A stretch of DNA of 64,000 bases from Promethearchaeota archaeon (GCA_016839555.1 JAEOUA010000006.1:32001-96000); one strand, 5' to 3'; numbered from the stretch's first letter, positions 10,282 to 21,663 are shown. Translations and numbers: made by a program. The notes: generated from the letters alone by a model not told the origin.

Positions 10282-11082
10282 TTATACCTTTCTCACGCTT
10301 TTTGGAGCGCGGGGGGGTACTCGATTATATTTCACGCTTGGATATCCGAGGGTAAATGCACAAGCAGTTGTTCCTGAAGCTCGAATCAGTCTTTTTATCT
10401 TATTGTTAATTTCTAGAGCCATTAAAGTCCATCCATGATAGCAAGTTCCTAATCCGAGTGACTGGGCTGCTAATCTCCCATAGGTAAGGATATTTCCAAT
10501 ATTTATGAAGTTCACGGTCATTGGCATGGTAGTATGGACTACTATGAGATGAGGGGCATTGAAAAATAAATTTTTACCTTCTTCTTCCAAATGTTTGAAT
10601 GTAGGCCCAAATCTAGCGTTAAAATTTGGATGACTCTCAATAGCTTCCCGAATGGCACTCGAAATTTCTTCTAATTTTTCAGAGTCAGAGATTACAGTGA
10701 AATTTTCTGATCTTACATTGGCTCCAGTAGGAGCATATTGCATTACATTCAATATTTTTTCAATCATGTCATCGGGAACTTTGTCTTTTTTATAACGTCG
10801 AATAACTCTAAGAGCACTAAGGAATTTAAAAAGGTCATTATATGATATAATACTTTCAAGATTTCTAATACCTTCAAATGTGAAGGTTTCACCCATATCT
10901 TCGTGAAGAATTGCATCCTCAGGGCACACAGAAATACAATGACCACATAATATACATCTATTATTTGGATCAGCATAGATTAATTTTCCCTCTTCATTTT
11001 CATGATAAAGAAAAGCGGGGCATTCTCGGACACATTCCATGCAACTTGTACATTTATCGTAATCTATTCCCAATATTGGCAT
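10282..11082 (-). CDS. Nitroreductase family protein with N-terminal 2x[4Fe-4S] ferredoxin domain
   Basis: CTSCMECVRECP and CILCGHCISVCP; RVIRRYK; APTGAN; LGLGTC; LGYP. Confidence 0.9.
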   Translation of the reverse strand: MPILGIDYDKCTSCMECVRECPAFLYHENEEGKLIYADPNNRCILCGHCISVCPEDAILHEDMGETFTFEGIRNLESIISYNDLFKFLSALRVIRRYKKDKVPDDMIEKILNVMQYAPTGANVRSENFTVISDSEKLEEISSAIREAIESHPNFNARFGPTFKHLEEEGKNLFFNAPHLIVVHTTMPMTVNFINIGNILTYGRLAAQSLGLGTCYHGWTLMALEINNKIKRLIRASGTTACAFTLGYPSVKYNRVPPRAPKSVRKV

Positions 11083-11561
11083 ATTTTAAATACCTCTTTA
11101 TAATCTTATCATAATTCTTTTTTATTTCGAAATAGATTAAAATTAATTAAAAATTTTTTAAAGATGATTTAAAATGGGACTATAGAGGTTATTAAGTAAT
11201 TACTAAATATTAATTTTTATATGAAATTAATAGATTTATAAAAATTTTGAATTCTTTCGAGATCTTTAAGATATTTTAATAAGGATTTAAGAAAAATATC
11301 CATGAATTAAGCATTCAGAATCTTTATATGGCATAATATCTTCAGAAAACTCTTTTAATTGCTTTTTAAATTTATTTTCATAAATAAGATGAAAAATTAA
11401 GAGGTGTTAATATAAAAAAACCTATAGATTTGTAAAATTAATTTAGGTATATACTGCTATAGAGTAAAGATTATAAATTCTATCGGTATTTTTATCTTAT
11501 AATAATTTATTCCAGTCTAAAAAAATAATAAAATTGAACTGAATATAATTAATTTCATTAT

Positions 11562-12311
11562 ATGCGGAATTTTAGCTGTATGGATTACTATAAACGTATT
11601 ATAAAGGACGAAATTGCTAAAGAATATCCCCTTGGGCTTCCCAGAGGGACTATTAGAGCTTTAACAACCCTTCTTATTGTTACTTTCCCCTTCTCTTACT
11701 TATTGTTTAATCAGGCAATCCCCGGATATATCATAAATGCAATTTTTATTTTGACGGCATTTTATTTTGAGGCGAGAAAAACTATTAAATTCCGAATAGA
11801 AACAATAATTAAAGAGATGAAGCCGGATTTTGACCTAACTTTGGAATAAAAAAAAGAGATATATCCCCTCTATTTTCCTAAGTATTCTGTGCGTATTTCA
11901 TTAGTTCTTATTATCTTCTTAATCCTTATTCTCAATTATTTTGGTCCTCAAGTTGCATTTGAATATACAAATACTCTCTTAGATCTCATGTTTATAATAG
12001 TTGGCTATATTATCGGCTCAATTTTTAGAGCATATAAGAATAAAAAAGAAGCGGAACGAATAAAGGAGCAAATTAGGAATTTAAAGGATTTTGAAACGCT
12101 TACAGATGTTCAAATAATAGAGAAATTAGTAGTTGAGAAGCCTAAAAAATGGCAATTACATGGTAAAGGTATTTTTTCCATTCTAATGTTTAGCGCTATA
12201 ACTGTTGCTTTGATTTTTTACACCATTAATTTCGATATAGAGATTTCTATTTTTTCTCTAAGGGAGATTTTATTATTAACAATAAATCCATATTATGGAT
12301 TTAGAGATTAA
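11562..12311 (+). pseudogene. Membrane protein split by one in-frame TAA (11847-11849)
   Basis: ORFs 11562..11849 and 11889..12311 share a frame; the bridge reads KKEIYPLYFPKYS, repeating the N-terminal KEYPLGLPRGTIR motif. Confidence 0.75.
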
Positions 12312-12386
12312 CTAAGAATTTACAAAATTAAAACTCTTTTATTTCAAATTTTTTTTACTTTTTCTCTATTTTTTATTGTTCTTTTT

Positions 12387-12998
12387 CTAAACTTTTTTTC
12401 CAAAGATCCAATATTGATATTCTCCCCCTCTCTGAAGAACTCCCTCAAAAAATATAGAAAAGCCAGCTTTCTGAACAAGCTCTAAGGTTTCCTTAGGAGA
12501 ATAATTACTCCAAAACATTGGCACTCCAAAAAAATTGCTTACTCCTTCTGAACCAGATACGCCTGAATTAATCATTAATATTCCCTCGGGCTTGAGAACT
12601 CTATAAAATTGCTTAAAAATATCCAAATGGTTTTTTCTGGGAATATGAAACAATGTATATACTGAAATAATTCCATCAAATAAATTTTCAGAAAACTCTA
12701 ATTTGTTTGCATCCATTTTAATAAATTCGGCCTGAGGAACATTTTGTCGAGCTAATTTGAGCATAGTTTCTGAGATATCAATTCCGGTGACCTTAATTCC
12801 TTTTTCGCTTAAGAATTTGGCAGTGGGAATCCCAGCACCACATCCTACATCTAATACATGAGCATCTTTTGGTATTAATTTAGAAAAACTTTCCAGCTCA
12901 GAACTAAATTTATTAATATCTCTGTTAGAATAATAATCTTGCGCGATTTGATTATAACCTTTTTCTACCATCTGTGTTTCTAACATATATTTTTTCAT
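12387..12998 (-). CDS. Class I SAM-dependent methyltransferase
   Basis: VLDVGCGAG; GIDIS; LKPEG. Confidence 0.9.
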   Translation of the reverse strand: MKKYMLETQMVEKGYNQIAQDYYSNRDINKFSSELESFSKLIPKDAHVLDVGCGAGIPTAKFLSEKGIKVTGIDISETMLKLARQNVPQAEFIKMDANKLEFSENLFDGIISVYTLFHIPRKNHLDIFKQFYRVLKPEGILMINSGVSGSEGVSNFFGVPMFWSNYSPKETLELVQKAGFSIFFEGVLQRGGEYQYWIFGKKV

Positions 12999-13166
12999 AC
13001 CCTATATTATTATACTTTAAGAAATGAAATCTATATATGCAATTAAGATTATAGCTGATAAATCATAAAATAATCAAACAAACCAAATTACTCTAAAAAT
13101 AGTTAAGACTGATTTTTTTTTAATTTATTAATAGAATTCTTTTCAATTATTCTAAGAATAAATTAA

Positions 13167-14363
13167 TCATTCAATATGAATAGGATAACTTCCATATTCT
13201 TCTAAGGTGTTATACATTGCCAAAAAGTTTTCCAATTTAACTGCGGGATTAATACTATGTCCAGAGCTTAATATATATCCTCCGTTAGGGCCAAGAGTCT
13301 TAATGAGGTTTTTAGTATAATCTCTTATATATTGTGGATCTTTATCAAATAAATCTTGAGGCGATACGTTGCCTATAAACGTTAATTTATCCCCATATTG
13401 CTTATGGAGCTTAAAAATATCATATTCTGGATTGGCGGTGGTTGGTTCAATTGGATGGATGGCATCTACTCCAATATCAACCACGTCTTTAAATAGCGGA
13501 AAAACATCCCCACAACTATGCAAGATGATTTTTACACCGTGTTTATGAGCTATGTTGCAGATTTCTTCTATCCAGGGTAATATATATTCTCTATAATTCT
13601 TAGGACTCATCAATAAGCCAGATTTATAGCCATAATCATCATAAATCAATATTACCCCATCCTCGCCCCAGTCTATAAAGGCCTTCACCAAGTCTACCGC
13701 AAATTGTCCTCTGTCATCAAACACGTTTTTTAGTTTGCCTTCTGACGCTAATAGTTTGCTAAAGTTGGTAAATCCAAAAGATTGCCATGTAGATTCAAAA
13801 ATTCCCCATATTGAAGGAATAACAAATATTTCTCCATTATATTCCTTCTCTATTTTTTTCATGGTCTTAAAATATTTCTCTCTTCTTGGATCTCTAGGTT
13901 CTGGCGATTCAAAATCACTATATTCCTCAAAATTAGAGAAATAACCTGTTTTATAATATGCAATATCCATTTGATCTGAAGGATTCCTCTTTAAATCAAA
14001 AATACGCCCATATTCATCAATAAAATAATCTTTATAGCAAATTTTTGGAAATAAAATATAGCCGGTAAAGGGAACTGTCGCCATATCGATTCCGATTTTA
14101 TGGTATAAATTCAGGTGTTGTTTTAAGGTATTTTTTAAATAAGATTTAGTCTCGGTTGCTTTCAAGATTGTATTAGTTAATGCTTCAATATCTCCTTGGC
14201 ATAACTCATTTGTTTTTTCAAAACTCTCGATAAGCCCTTGGAATACATATTTTTCTCCAAAATGCTCACAAATTTTTAGATTATCAATGGAAAGTTCAAA
14301 AGAAGGAACTTTATCTGGTTCTTCATGATTAATTGCATTTAATACTCTTTCTTTTGCATTCAT
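13167..14363 (-). CDS. Uroporphyrinogen decarboxylase/MtaA-CmuA family protein
   Basis: ERVLNAINHEEPDKVP start; DDYG; LHSCG; GNVSPQ; GGYILSSGHS. Confidence 0.85.
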   Translation of the reverse strand: MNAKERVLNAINHEEPDKVPSFELSIDNLKICEHFGEKYVFQGLIESFEKTNELCQGDIEALTNTILKATETKSYLKNTLKQHLNLYHKIGIDMATVPFTGYILFPKICYKDYFIDEYGRIFDLKRNPSDQMDIAYYKTGYFSNFEEYSDFESPEPRDPRREKYFKTMKKIEKEYNGEIFVIPSIWGIFESTWQSFGFTNFSKLLASEGKLKNVFDDRGQFAVDLVKAFIDWGEDGVILIYDDYGYKSGLLMSPKNYREYILPWIEEICNIAHKHGVKIILHSCGDVFPLFKDVVDIGVDAIHPIEPTTANPEYDIFKLHKQYGDKLTFIGNVSPQDLFDKDPQYIRDYTKNLIKTLGPNGGYILSSGHSINPAVKLENFLAMYNTLEEYGSYPIHIE

Positions 14364-14486
14364 CGTTATATATAAAATAATTTATGAATTTTAAAAAAAT
14401 CGGAAAAAAAAGAAGATCTTATAGAAGTGAAATTTTTAATCTATCCATCAATTTTTATTTTAATTAAAAGTAGAGGTATATAATAT

Positions 14487-16037
14487 TTGAAAATAGCTAT
14501 AATAGGATCAGGCTTATCTGGACTGACTGCAGCAGCATATTTGGCTCAAAAAGGACACAGTGTAACGGTATTTGAACAATATAAACGGGCGGGAGGGGTT
14601 ACTGCACCTTCAGAAAAGAATGGATATAAATGGGATTTAGGACAATTAATAATAGAAGGATTAGGCCCGAATGAGCCTTTAGGATTAATTCTATCAGAAT
14701 TAGGTATTGAAAATTTAGAGATTGAGGTAGAAGATCGTGGATATGTATTTCCTTCTCTTGAGATTAATAAACCAACTAATTATAAGGGATTCAAATGGCG
14801 AATTAATTATCTAAAGAACTTATTTCCTGAGGATAGTAAAGGTTTAGATCAATACTGGCGAGATTATATTAATTTTACGCGAATCATGACGTATGCGAGA
14901 AGAATGGAACGAGTCTCTGGGATAAAATCATTTTATTGGAAGATGCGATTATTTATTAAATTATTGACCTCAGGTTTATTTTCAAAGAAAGATTGGAGCG
15001 CTACAGAGCTTATGAAACATTACTTTTCTAATGAGACATTACAATTAGTATTTATCTCTATCATTGCGGACTTTTTTACACCCCCAAGTAAATTCTTGGG
15101 ATTAGGAATCTTTAGCTTAAATCCCGAAACAATTTACGATAAGCGTATGCCTAAATTTATCGACAAGAATACAGAACAAATCTATTGTTATAATATTTTG
15201 GGGGGAATAAGTTCGATGGTTGATGCGCTTGTTGATAGAATAGAGAATTTAGGAGGGTCCGTCAAATTAAATACTAAAATTAAGAAAATTCTTATTGAGG
15301 AAAACAAAGTACAAGGGGCAATGGATGATCGAGGAAATAAGAGTTTGGCAGATGTCGTGATCGCAGCAGGAAGCGCAAAAAAGACTTTTTTTGACTTAAT
15401 AGGAAAAGAATATCTTTCCACGGAACTTATTGAAAAAGTAAATAATCTTAAATTAATGGAATCGGTTTTTATGGTTCATCTAGGACTTAATGAAAACTAC
15501 GATCCCTCAAAATTTAATCAAGGATATACTGTAAGATATTATTATGGAATTGATACTACTAAAGAATTGGAAGAAGGAATTAATGATGAACGAAAGGGTT
15601 CATATCACGAAGGCAAAAAGGGATTTGTAGTTCATATTCCTAGCCTTCATTCGCCAGAAATGGCACCTCAAGGACATCATGCAATGACAATATATACCAT
15701 TTGTCCTAATAAATTAAATCAAGGAACTTGGAAAGAAAGAAAAGAAGAATATACTGATAAATTGCTTAATTACGCTGAAAAATATTTTCCAGACTTGAAG
15801 AAACACATTGATACTCAAGTGATTATGACACCCGAAGACTTTCGTAATCGAGTATATGTGGATCATCATGCATTTGGGGGATTAGCTCCATATATCGAAA
15901 ATCCTAGAATTTCGTTTCAAACGCCGATTGAAGGATTATGGTTTATAGGGGCCCAGAGTGAAAGTGGTGGTGGCGTAAATAATGTAATTCCTGGGGCCTA
16001 TAAAACAGCAAAAAAAATAGTGAAATTATCTCACTAA
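14487..16037 (+). CDS. Phytoene desaturase-superfamily FAD oxidoreductase (retinol saturase-like), substrate unknown
   Basis: IIGSGLSGLTAAA; WDLG; PSLHSPEMAPQG; TPIEGLWFIG..GGGV. Confidence 0.8.
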   Translation: MKIAIIGSGLSGLTAAAYLAQKGHSVTVFEQYKRAGGVTAPSEKNGYKWDLGQLIIEGLGPNEPLGLILSELGIENLEIEVEDRGYVFPSLEINKPTNYKGFKWRINYLKNLFPEDSKGLDQYWRDYINFTRIMTYARRMERVSGIKSFYWKMRLFIKLLTSGLFSKKDWSATELMKHYFSNETLQLVFISIIADFFTPPSKFLGLGIFSLNPETIYDKRMPKFIDKNTEQIYCYNILGGISSMVDALVDRIENLGGSVKLNTKIKKILIEENKVQGAMDDRGNKSLADVVIAAGSAKKTFFDLIGKEYLSTELIEKVNNLKLMESVFMVHLGLNENYDPSKFNQGYTVRYYYGIDTTKELEEGINDERKGSYHEGKKGFVVHIPSLHSPEMAPQGHHAMTIYTICPNKLNQGTWKERKEEYTDKLLNYAEKYFPDLKKHIDTQVIMTPEDFRNRVYVDHHAFGGLAPYIENPRISFQTPIEGLWFIGAQSESGGGVNNVIPGAYKTAKKIVKLSH

Positions 16038-16090
16038 GACTTTTTATGACTTTATTCTCTTTTTTTTATTTATCATCTAATATAATTTTT

Positions 16091-17101
16091 TTAAGCACTT
16101 TCCTTATAATTAAACCAAGCAACAATCTTTGGGATTAAAAATGCAATAACCAAGAGTATAAAGAATCCGGTAATAGAAAGTATTAGTTCGAACAAGAAGA
16201 TAAGATTTGGATCTACATAAAGATATATTATAGTACTCAATGAATTACTAAAACCATGATATACAATAGGAGCGACTAAGCTATTGGTTCGTTCGTAGAG
16301 GAAACAACATACAATTGCAAATGGAAAAGTATTTATGACTTTTCCAATGATATATGGAAGATACAAGTTAAATGAGAGATCTGCATTGATTAACCAAGGA
16401 ATATGGAATATTGTAAACACTACTGAGGTAAAAATAGTAGCATACCAGAATGATTTTCCTGCTTTTCGCATTTTAGTGAAAAAATAGCCCCTAAAGATTA
16501 ACTCTTCAGCAACTCCCACCGCCAATACTTGATAGGGAAAGGTGATAAATTGCGAGAGCTCAAATATTTCAATATGGGAAAAAGCATCTGTACCGCTAAA
16601 GCTGAATGAAAGAACAATATGAAGCAAGGTGAATATTACAATATTAATTAACGCAACCACACAGCCGAGCAATATATTTTTACCTAAATTTTCCCGTTTC
16701 AATCCAAATTCAGAGAGATAGAATCCTTCTACTAAAATAATCTGCGTTGTTACCATATATAACAGTGGAAGCTTCTCAAAAGTGATTCCGAATTTCCAAA
16801 TCATAAATTGTCGGGGAACCCATAATACAGCCATAAAGACCGCAAAAAGAATAACTGTTTTTCGAAAATCAATATCTCCTTCTAATCTTTTTAATTCCTT
16901 TTTACTCTTAATAAGGTGAATCAAGTAAAGTAGAACAATATAGAAAATAATTGAAAACACAATCGGCATAATATAGAATCGGGGATATTCTTCAGAGCCT
17001 TGAATCCAAATATTGAAATCGAAGATCAGAATTATCGCGCATAATCCAAAATACAAGAGATATGGAGTAATTTTTATAAATTTATCATATTTTTCATTCA
17101 T
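16091..17101 (-). CDS. CPBP (Abi/type II CAAX) intramembrane metalloprotease
   Basis: AEELIFRG, FTIFH and HGFSN motifs; multiple TM helices. Confidence 0.9.
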   Translation of the reverse strand: MNEKYDKFIKITPYLLYFGLCAIILIFDFNIWIQGSEEYPRFYIMPIVFSIIFYIVLLYLIHLIKSKKELKRLEGDIDFRKTVILFAVFMAVLWVPRQFMIWKFGITFEKLPLLYMVTTQIILVEGFYLSEFGLKRENLGKNILLGCVVALINIVIFTLLHIVLSFSFSGTDAFSHIEIFELSQFITFPYQVLAVGVAEELIFRGYFFTKMRKAGKSFWYATIFTSVVFTIFHIPWLINADLSFNLYLPYIIGKVINTFPFAIVCCFLYERTNSLVAPIVYHGFSNSLSTIIYLYVDPNLIFLFELILSITGFFILLVIAFLIPKIVAWFNYKESA

Positions 17102-17308
17102 AAGATACTCACAACTATTAGTGTTATTTTTTAATTATTGGTTTTTATCATTTAAAATATTTTCTCCCTAAGAGTTTTTATAAAAAAAATTTAGGAAGAA
17201 TTATTCGGTTAAATAAGAGTGTAAATAAACTATTGGAATTTATATGATCATCAAGCTAAAATTTTTAAATTTTAATTTGAAATTTATCTATGAAATAATC
17301 AAAGTGAG

Positions 17309-18115
17309 TTGATAAAGATTTCAAAAAATAATTATGAATATATTTTAACGGACTTTAATAACGGCATCAAGAAAATCATATTAAACCGTCCTAAAAAGCT
17401 TAATGCGTTAAACTATCCCTTAATCATGGAAATAATAAACGTTTTAGAGGATTCCATGAAAAATCGAAAGATAAGAGTTATTGCGATCGAGGGAAAAGGA
17501 GAAGATTTCTGTTCGGGAGATGATATGAAGAGTATGGGTCCTGATGGAGTAAAATTTAAACCATTAGATGATGGTTCGCAGCTTCCCCATCAAAGAATGA
17601 ATAGATTACTTCGAAAAATTCAAAAACCGGTAATAGCTTTATTGCAAGGATATTGTTTAGGCGCAGGCTTTGAATTAGCCTTAGCATGTGATTTTAGAAT
17701 AGCAGCAGATAATTTGGAAATAGGAGATCATCGCGCGTCGCGGGCGATATGCATAATGAGTGGAGCAAGCTGGCTACTTCCTAGAATAGTAGGCTTTGGA
17801 AGAGCTACAGAAATTATTTTCACCGGAAAGCATCTCTCTGCCGAAGAAGCATACAATATCGGCTTGATCACTGAATATTATCCTACGGATACTTTTAGAG
17901 AAAAATCAATGGAATTTGTGGAGAATATCGCAAAAATGCCAACAAAATGCCTTGGATACAATAAAGCAATGCTAAATTTTTCGATGAAAAATGATTTCTT
18001 TCCATCATTACAAAATGAATTCAAACTCTATTGTAAAAATATAGCATCTAAGGATTTTGGGGAAGGAATGAAGAGCTTTTATGATAAGCGGGAACCACAA
18101 TTTATAGGGCGTTAA
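17309..18115 (+). CDS. Enoyl-CoA hydratase/isomerase family protein
   Basis: LNRPKKLNAL; FCSGDD; GAGFELALACDFRIA; KREPQFIGR. Confidence 0.9.
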   Translation: MIKISKNNYEYILTDFNNGIKKIILNRPKKLNALNYPLIMEIINVLEDSMKNRKIRVIAIEGKGEDFCSGDDMKSMGPDGVKFKPLDDGSQLPHQRMNRLLRKIQKPVIALLQGYCLGAGFELALACDFRIAADNLEIGDHRASRAICIMSGASWLLPRIVGFGRATEIIFTGKHLSAEEAYNIGLITEYYPTDTFREKSMEFVENIAKMPTKCLGYNKAMLNFSMKNDFFPSLQNEFKLYCKNIASKDFGEGMKSFYDKREPQFIGR

Positions 18116-18158
18116 ATTAGAAAATTTTTTATTAATTTTTACTTATAAATTGTATTGT

Positions 18159-18971
18159 TTAATTAAACGATTTTAAGGCTTTTCTAATGAAGGGTTTTAT
18201 AGATTTTCCTTTGTTCCAATAAAATTTAAACAAATCTTTACACCAATTAATAAATGAAGGATGATTATCTATTAAACATTGACTATAATCAATATCATTG
18301 CCTTTATTTAAAAATAGAATCCCACCTTTTTCGGAAACTACAAAAGAGAGGCTAATTTTCTCTAAGAGTCGAATATTTTCATAAATATTGAGTTTTTTAT
18401 AAAACTTCATGGGCTCTTTAAACTTTTCGGACCATTCTTTTGGGATATGATATGATTTTAATAATGATTTATCAATTAACGCGCGGATTTCTAAATTTTG
18501 ATTATGGATATTTTGTTCTACAATTGGTAAAAGGGAATTTTGAAATTGATCTGTAATAGCATATATAAATTGTTCAGAGTTTTTTACTAAATCTGACCAT
18601 AATTCAATATTTTGTAGAGTTTTTGTGCTTAATTCAAGTGTTTGGAGCTCACCTAATTGTAATATTAAATAAAGTGGAATTGAAGTGATATCATGGATAT
18701 TGAAGAAATCTTTATATTTAATAGACACTTTAAAAAGATTTATAATCCAATAAAATATTTTTCCAATGTTCGAAATGCTGTATTTCCCTTCCTTTGTTTT
18801 ATTAACTAGTTTTTTTTCCCGAAGCCTTTTTAGATGTCTTGAAACTTCTGAACCTGTTATATTTAAATCTCGTTCAATCTCACTATGCTTTTTATCTTTT
18901 TCATAGAGACTTCTAAATACAGCGATTCTATCTTCATTAGAAAATTCAAAAAATAAATCTTTAATCTCCAA
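18159..18971 (-). CDS. Archaeal ArsR-type wHTH regulator (DUF1724-like C-terminal domain)
   Basis: SNEDRI...EVSRHLKRL..LV; C-terminal WCKDLFKFYW. Confidence 0.8.
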   Translation of the reverse strand: MEIKDLFFEFSNEDRIAVFRSLYEKDKKHSEIERDLNITGSEVSRHLKRLREKKLVNKTKEGKYSISNIGKIFYWIINLFKVSIKYKDFFNIHDITSIPLYLILQLGELQTLELSTKTLQNIELWSDLVKNSEQFIYAITDQFQNSLLPIVEQNIHNQNLEIRALIDKSLLKSYHIPKEWSEKFKEPMKFYKKLNIYENIRLLEKISLSFVVSEKGGILFLNKGNDIDYSQCLIDNHPSFINWCKDLFKFYWNKGKSIKPFIRKALKSFN

Positions 18972-19220
18972 GATAACTCAATATTAAATTTTTCAAATAC
19001 TATATTTGAATTGTAATTTTACTTTGTTATTTAAAGTATAAATATTATGAATTTAAATTCATTAGCATTTTTTTAAATTTTTTAATTTTATTTAAAATGA
19101 TTTAATCAAGTTTAACTTAGTCTTATTTTATTTAGAGTCTTTATACGATTTCTTTAAATTTATAGCAATAATACTATATTTTGAGTTATTAATAAAAGAT
19201 TTTAATAAAATAATAAAAGA

Positions 19221-19529
19221 GTGTATAGTATTTTGTCAGAAGAATTAGAAAAAAGAGCATTAAACTTATTAGCAAAAAATTTTGAATACAATCAAGCGTT
19301 GCATATGGAAGCCCCGCAGATGGCAGAATTACTCGGAGTTAAGGAAATAGAAATCCAACCCGTGTTAAAAGTATTGGCAGAAAAAGAATGGGCTAACCTT
19401 TATACGGAAGGAGATAAAGTCAAATTAGCTAAAATTTCGTGGAAAGGATTGAATGAAATTGGAGAGGTTAATTTAAAGTTTGGAATGGGAAAGCATGCAT
19501 ATGATAATTATAGTGCGGAGGGATATTGA
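19221..19529 (+). CDS. Small winged-helix protein coupled to acyl-CoA dehydrogenase
   Basis: MAELLGVKEIEIQPVLKVLAEKEW...AKISWKG wHTH pattern; stop lies 2 nt before the ACAD ATG. Confidence 0.6.
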   Translation: MYSILSEELEKRALNLLAKNFEYNQALHMEAPQMAELLGVKEIEIQPVLKVLAEKEWANLYTEGDKVKLAKISWKGLNEIGEVNLKFGMGKHAYDNYSAEGY

Positions 19530-19531
19530 TA

Positions 19532-20776
19532 ATGTTTGATTATATGCCGTGGTGGGATGAAGACACCCGGCAATTTGCTGATGAAGTGGAAAAATTTGTG
19601 GATGAGGAATTAGTTCCACGGACACAAGCCATTATGGAGCGAAATGAAGATCATATGTCAATTCAATGGGAAGCCTCAAAACTATGCGTAGAAAGAGGCT
19701 TTCATCCATTAATGGTCTTAGCAGAGAAGGAATTTGGTGGGCGAGATAAGGGATATGCGGGATATACTATTCTCAATGAAGAAATTGGGCGGTCTAATAT
19801 TAATGTGAACCCCTTACTAACGAGTGTGTTCGGGGCTGGGCCTATCCATTTATTTGGCACAAAATCGCAAAAGGAAAAATTTCTCAAACCGATAGTTCAG
19901 GGGGATAAATGGGCAAGTATTACAGTGACCGAACCTGATGTGGGAAATGATGCAGCAGGAGTACAACTTTATGCTGAAAAAGATGGTGATGATTGGATTT
20001 TGAATGGATGGAAGCGATATATTACCTTAGGATGTCTTTCTGATTATCACTTAGTTTACGCATTAAGCGATCCAGATATGAGAAGTATGTATCGCCATTT
20101 ATCAGCATTCATTGTTCCAGCAGATTCGCCGGGTATTACTACTGAAAAAGTTAATCAACTCATTGGAGACGTGGAAATGGCGAATTCCGTACTTCGCTAT
20201 AAAGATGTGAGGGTTCCTAAAGAAAATATGATCCTCGGCGATGGCGACGGATGGACCGTTATGACCTCAGCCTTGAATATCGAGCGATTAGGCATTGCCA
20301 GTGTTGTGGGCTCCACTAAAAACTTATTTGAAACTGCGAGAGCATATGGAAGACGTAGAGTCCAATTTGGTTTACCTATTTCACGCTATAATGGAGTCCA
20401 ACTTAGAATGGCAAATATCAGCATGAGAATGCATCTCACAAGGGTTTATATTTATTATTTAGCTGAACTATTAGATACTGGAGAAGCAGATATGTTTAGT
20501 TTTGCCTTAAAATCTTCGACTGCGAAGATTTTTGGAACAGAATCTTTAACTGAAAATTCATTAGATGCGCTCTATATCGTTGGAGGCGATGGTTACCTCC
20601 AGGAAACGGGCATTGGGACCATTTTAAAAAATGCTGCCTTAATGCAAATAGCTGGAGGGTCAAACGATATTTTGCGGTTATTTATTGGACGGCAAGAATT
20701 TAAACAGGATGTGGATGAACGCATGATAAATCCATCTGTCAGAGGACCTACCAAAGAGGAAGCAGAAAAATTATAA
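19532..20776 (+). CDS. Acyl-CoA dehydrogenase
   Basis: TEPDVGND; LNGWKRYIT; ERL; RVQFGLPI; GGDGY; IAGGSNDILR; ATG at 19532 preferred over TTG at 19526. Confidence 0.92.
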   Translation: MFDYMPWWDEDTRQFADEVEKFVDEELVPRTQAIMERNEDHMSIQWEASKLCVERGFHPLMVLAEKEFGGRDKGYAGYTILNEEIGRSNINVNPLLTSVFGAGPIHLFGTKSQKEKFLKPIVQGDKWASITVTEPDVGNDAAGVQLYAEKDGDDWILNGWKRYITLGCLSDYHLVYALSDPDMRSMYRHLSAFIVPADSPGITTEKVNQLIGDVEMANSVLRYKDVRVPKENMILGDGDGWTVMTSALNIERLGIASVVGSTKNLFETARAYGRRRVQFGLPISRYNGVQLRMANISMRMHLTRVYIYYLAELLDTGEADMFSFALKSSTAKIFGTESLTENSLDALYIVGGDGYLQETGIGTILKNAALMQIAGGSNDILRLFIGRQEFKQDVDERMINPSVRGPTKEEAEKL

Positions 20777-20792
20777 AAAAGAGGATAAAAAA

Positions 20793-21593
20793 ATGGCAAA
20801 TTATAAAGAAATAAAGTTTGAAGTTGAAGATGAGATAGGGTGGTTAACTATTGACCGCCCAGAAAGACGCAATGCATTATGCAGGGACGTATGGGCGAGT
20901 ATTGGTCAAGTATTAATGGATACATGGGATGATATAGGCGTAAGAGTAATTGTCCTTACGGGAAATGATGATAAAATTAAGGGAAAAGCCGCATTTTCTG
21001 CGGGACTTGATATTAAAGAAATGTCAACCACCGGATTCAAGAATTTAGGTGATTTCCTAGGGATATTACTCGATCCTTGTGAATTAATGGCACGATATCC
21101 AAAGCCATTAATTGCGATGATCAATGGATATGCATATGCTGGTGGGCTAGAATTAACACTATGGTGTGATTGCGCGGTTGCGGCAGATGATGCTGTGATG
21201 GGATTCTGGGAGAATCGTAGAGGCCTTGCGAGTGGGGTAGCCTTCCTTTTACTTCCTGAACTAATAGGAATGCGCCAAACTAAAGAGCTTTTACTTACCG
21301 GGAAGATCATTTCAGCTGATGAGGCTTTTCGAATGGGTTTGGTGAATAAGGTGGTACCACACGATCAATTACGACAGGCAACTAAGGAAATGGCAGAGGA
21401 AATGAAGAAGGTTGCCCCATTAAGCCATAAATGGACGAAAAGATGGTTTCAAAAAGGATATCATTATACCAGGACACGAGCAATTGGATCACTTTGGGAA
21501 CCATTCCAAGAATTATTCCATAGTGAAGATGTGATCGAGGGCTTTACTGCTTTCATGGAGGGTAATAGAGAACCAAAATGGAGTGGAAAATAA
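20793..21593 (+). CDS. Enoyl-CoA hydratase/isomerase family protein
   Basis: IDRPERRNAL; FSAGLD; GGLEL; second Glu in FWENRRG. Confidence 0.9.
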   Translation: MANYKEIKFEVEDEIGWLTIDRPERRNALCRDVWASIGQVLMDTWDDIGVRVIVLTGNDDKIKGKAAFSAGLDIKEMSTTGFKNLGDFLGILLDPCELMARYPKPLIAMINGYAYAGGLELTLWCDCAVAADDAVMGFWENRRGLASGVAFLLLPELIGMRQTKELLLTGKIISADEAFRMGLVNKVVPHDQLRQATKEMAEEMKKVAPLSHKWTKRWFQKGYHYTRTRAIGSLWEPFQELFHSEDVIEGFTAFMEGNREPKWSGK

Positions 21594-21663
21594 CATAATC
21601 AAATAAATAAAATATTTTTTTAAATTGATAAATTAAAAATTAACTTTAAGGAGGGAAAAAAAA

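Noticed and set aside
14487-16037. Third CrtI-like gene as part of the carotenoid pathway
   Set aside because: It is 17 kb from the cluster and lacks the FDxGP and HPGxG signatures; more likely a different substrate.
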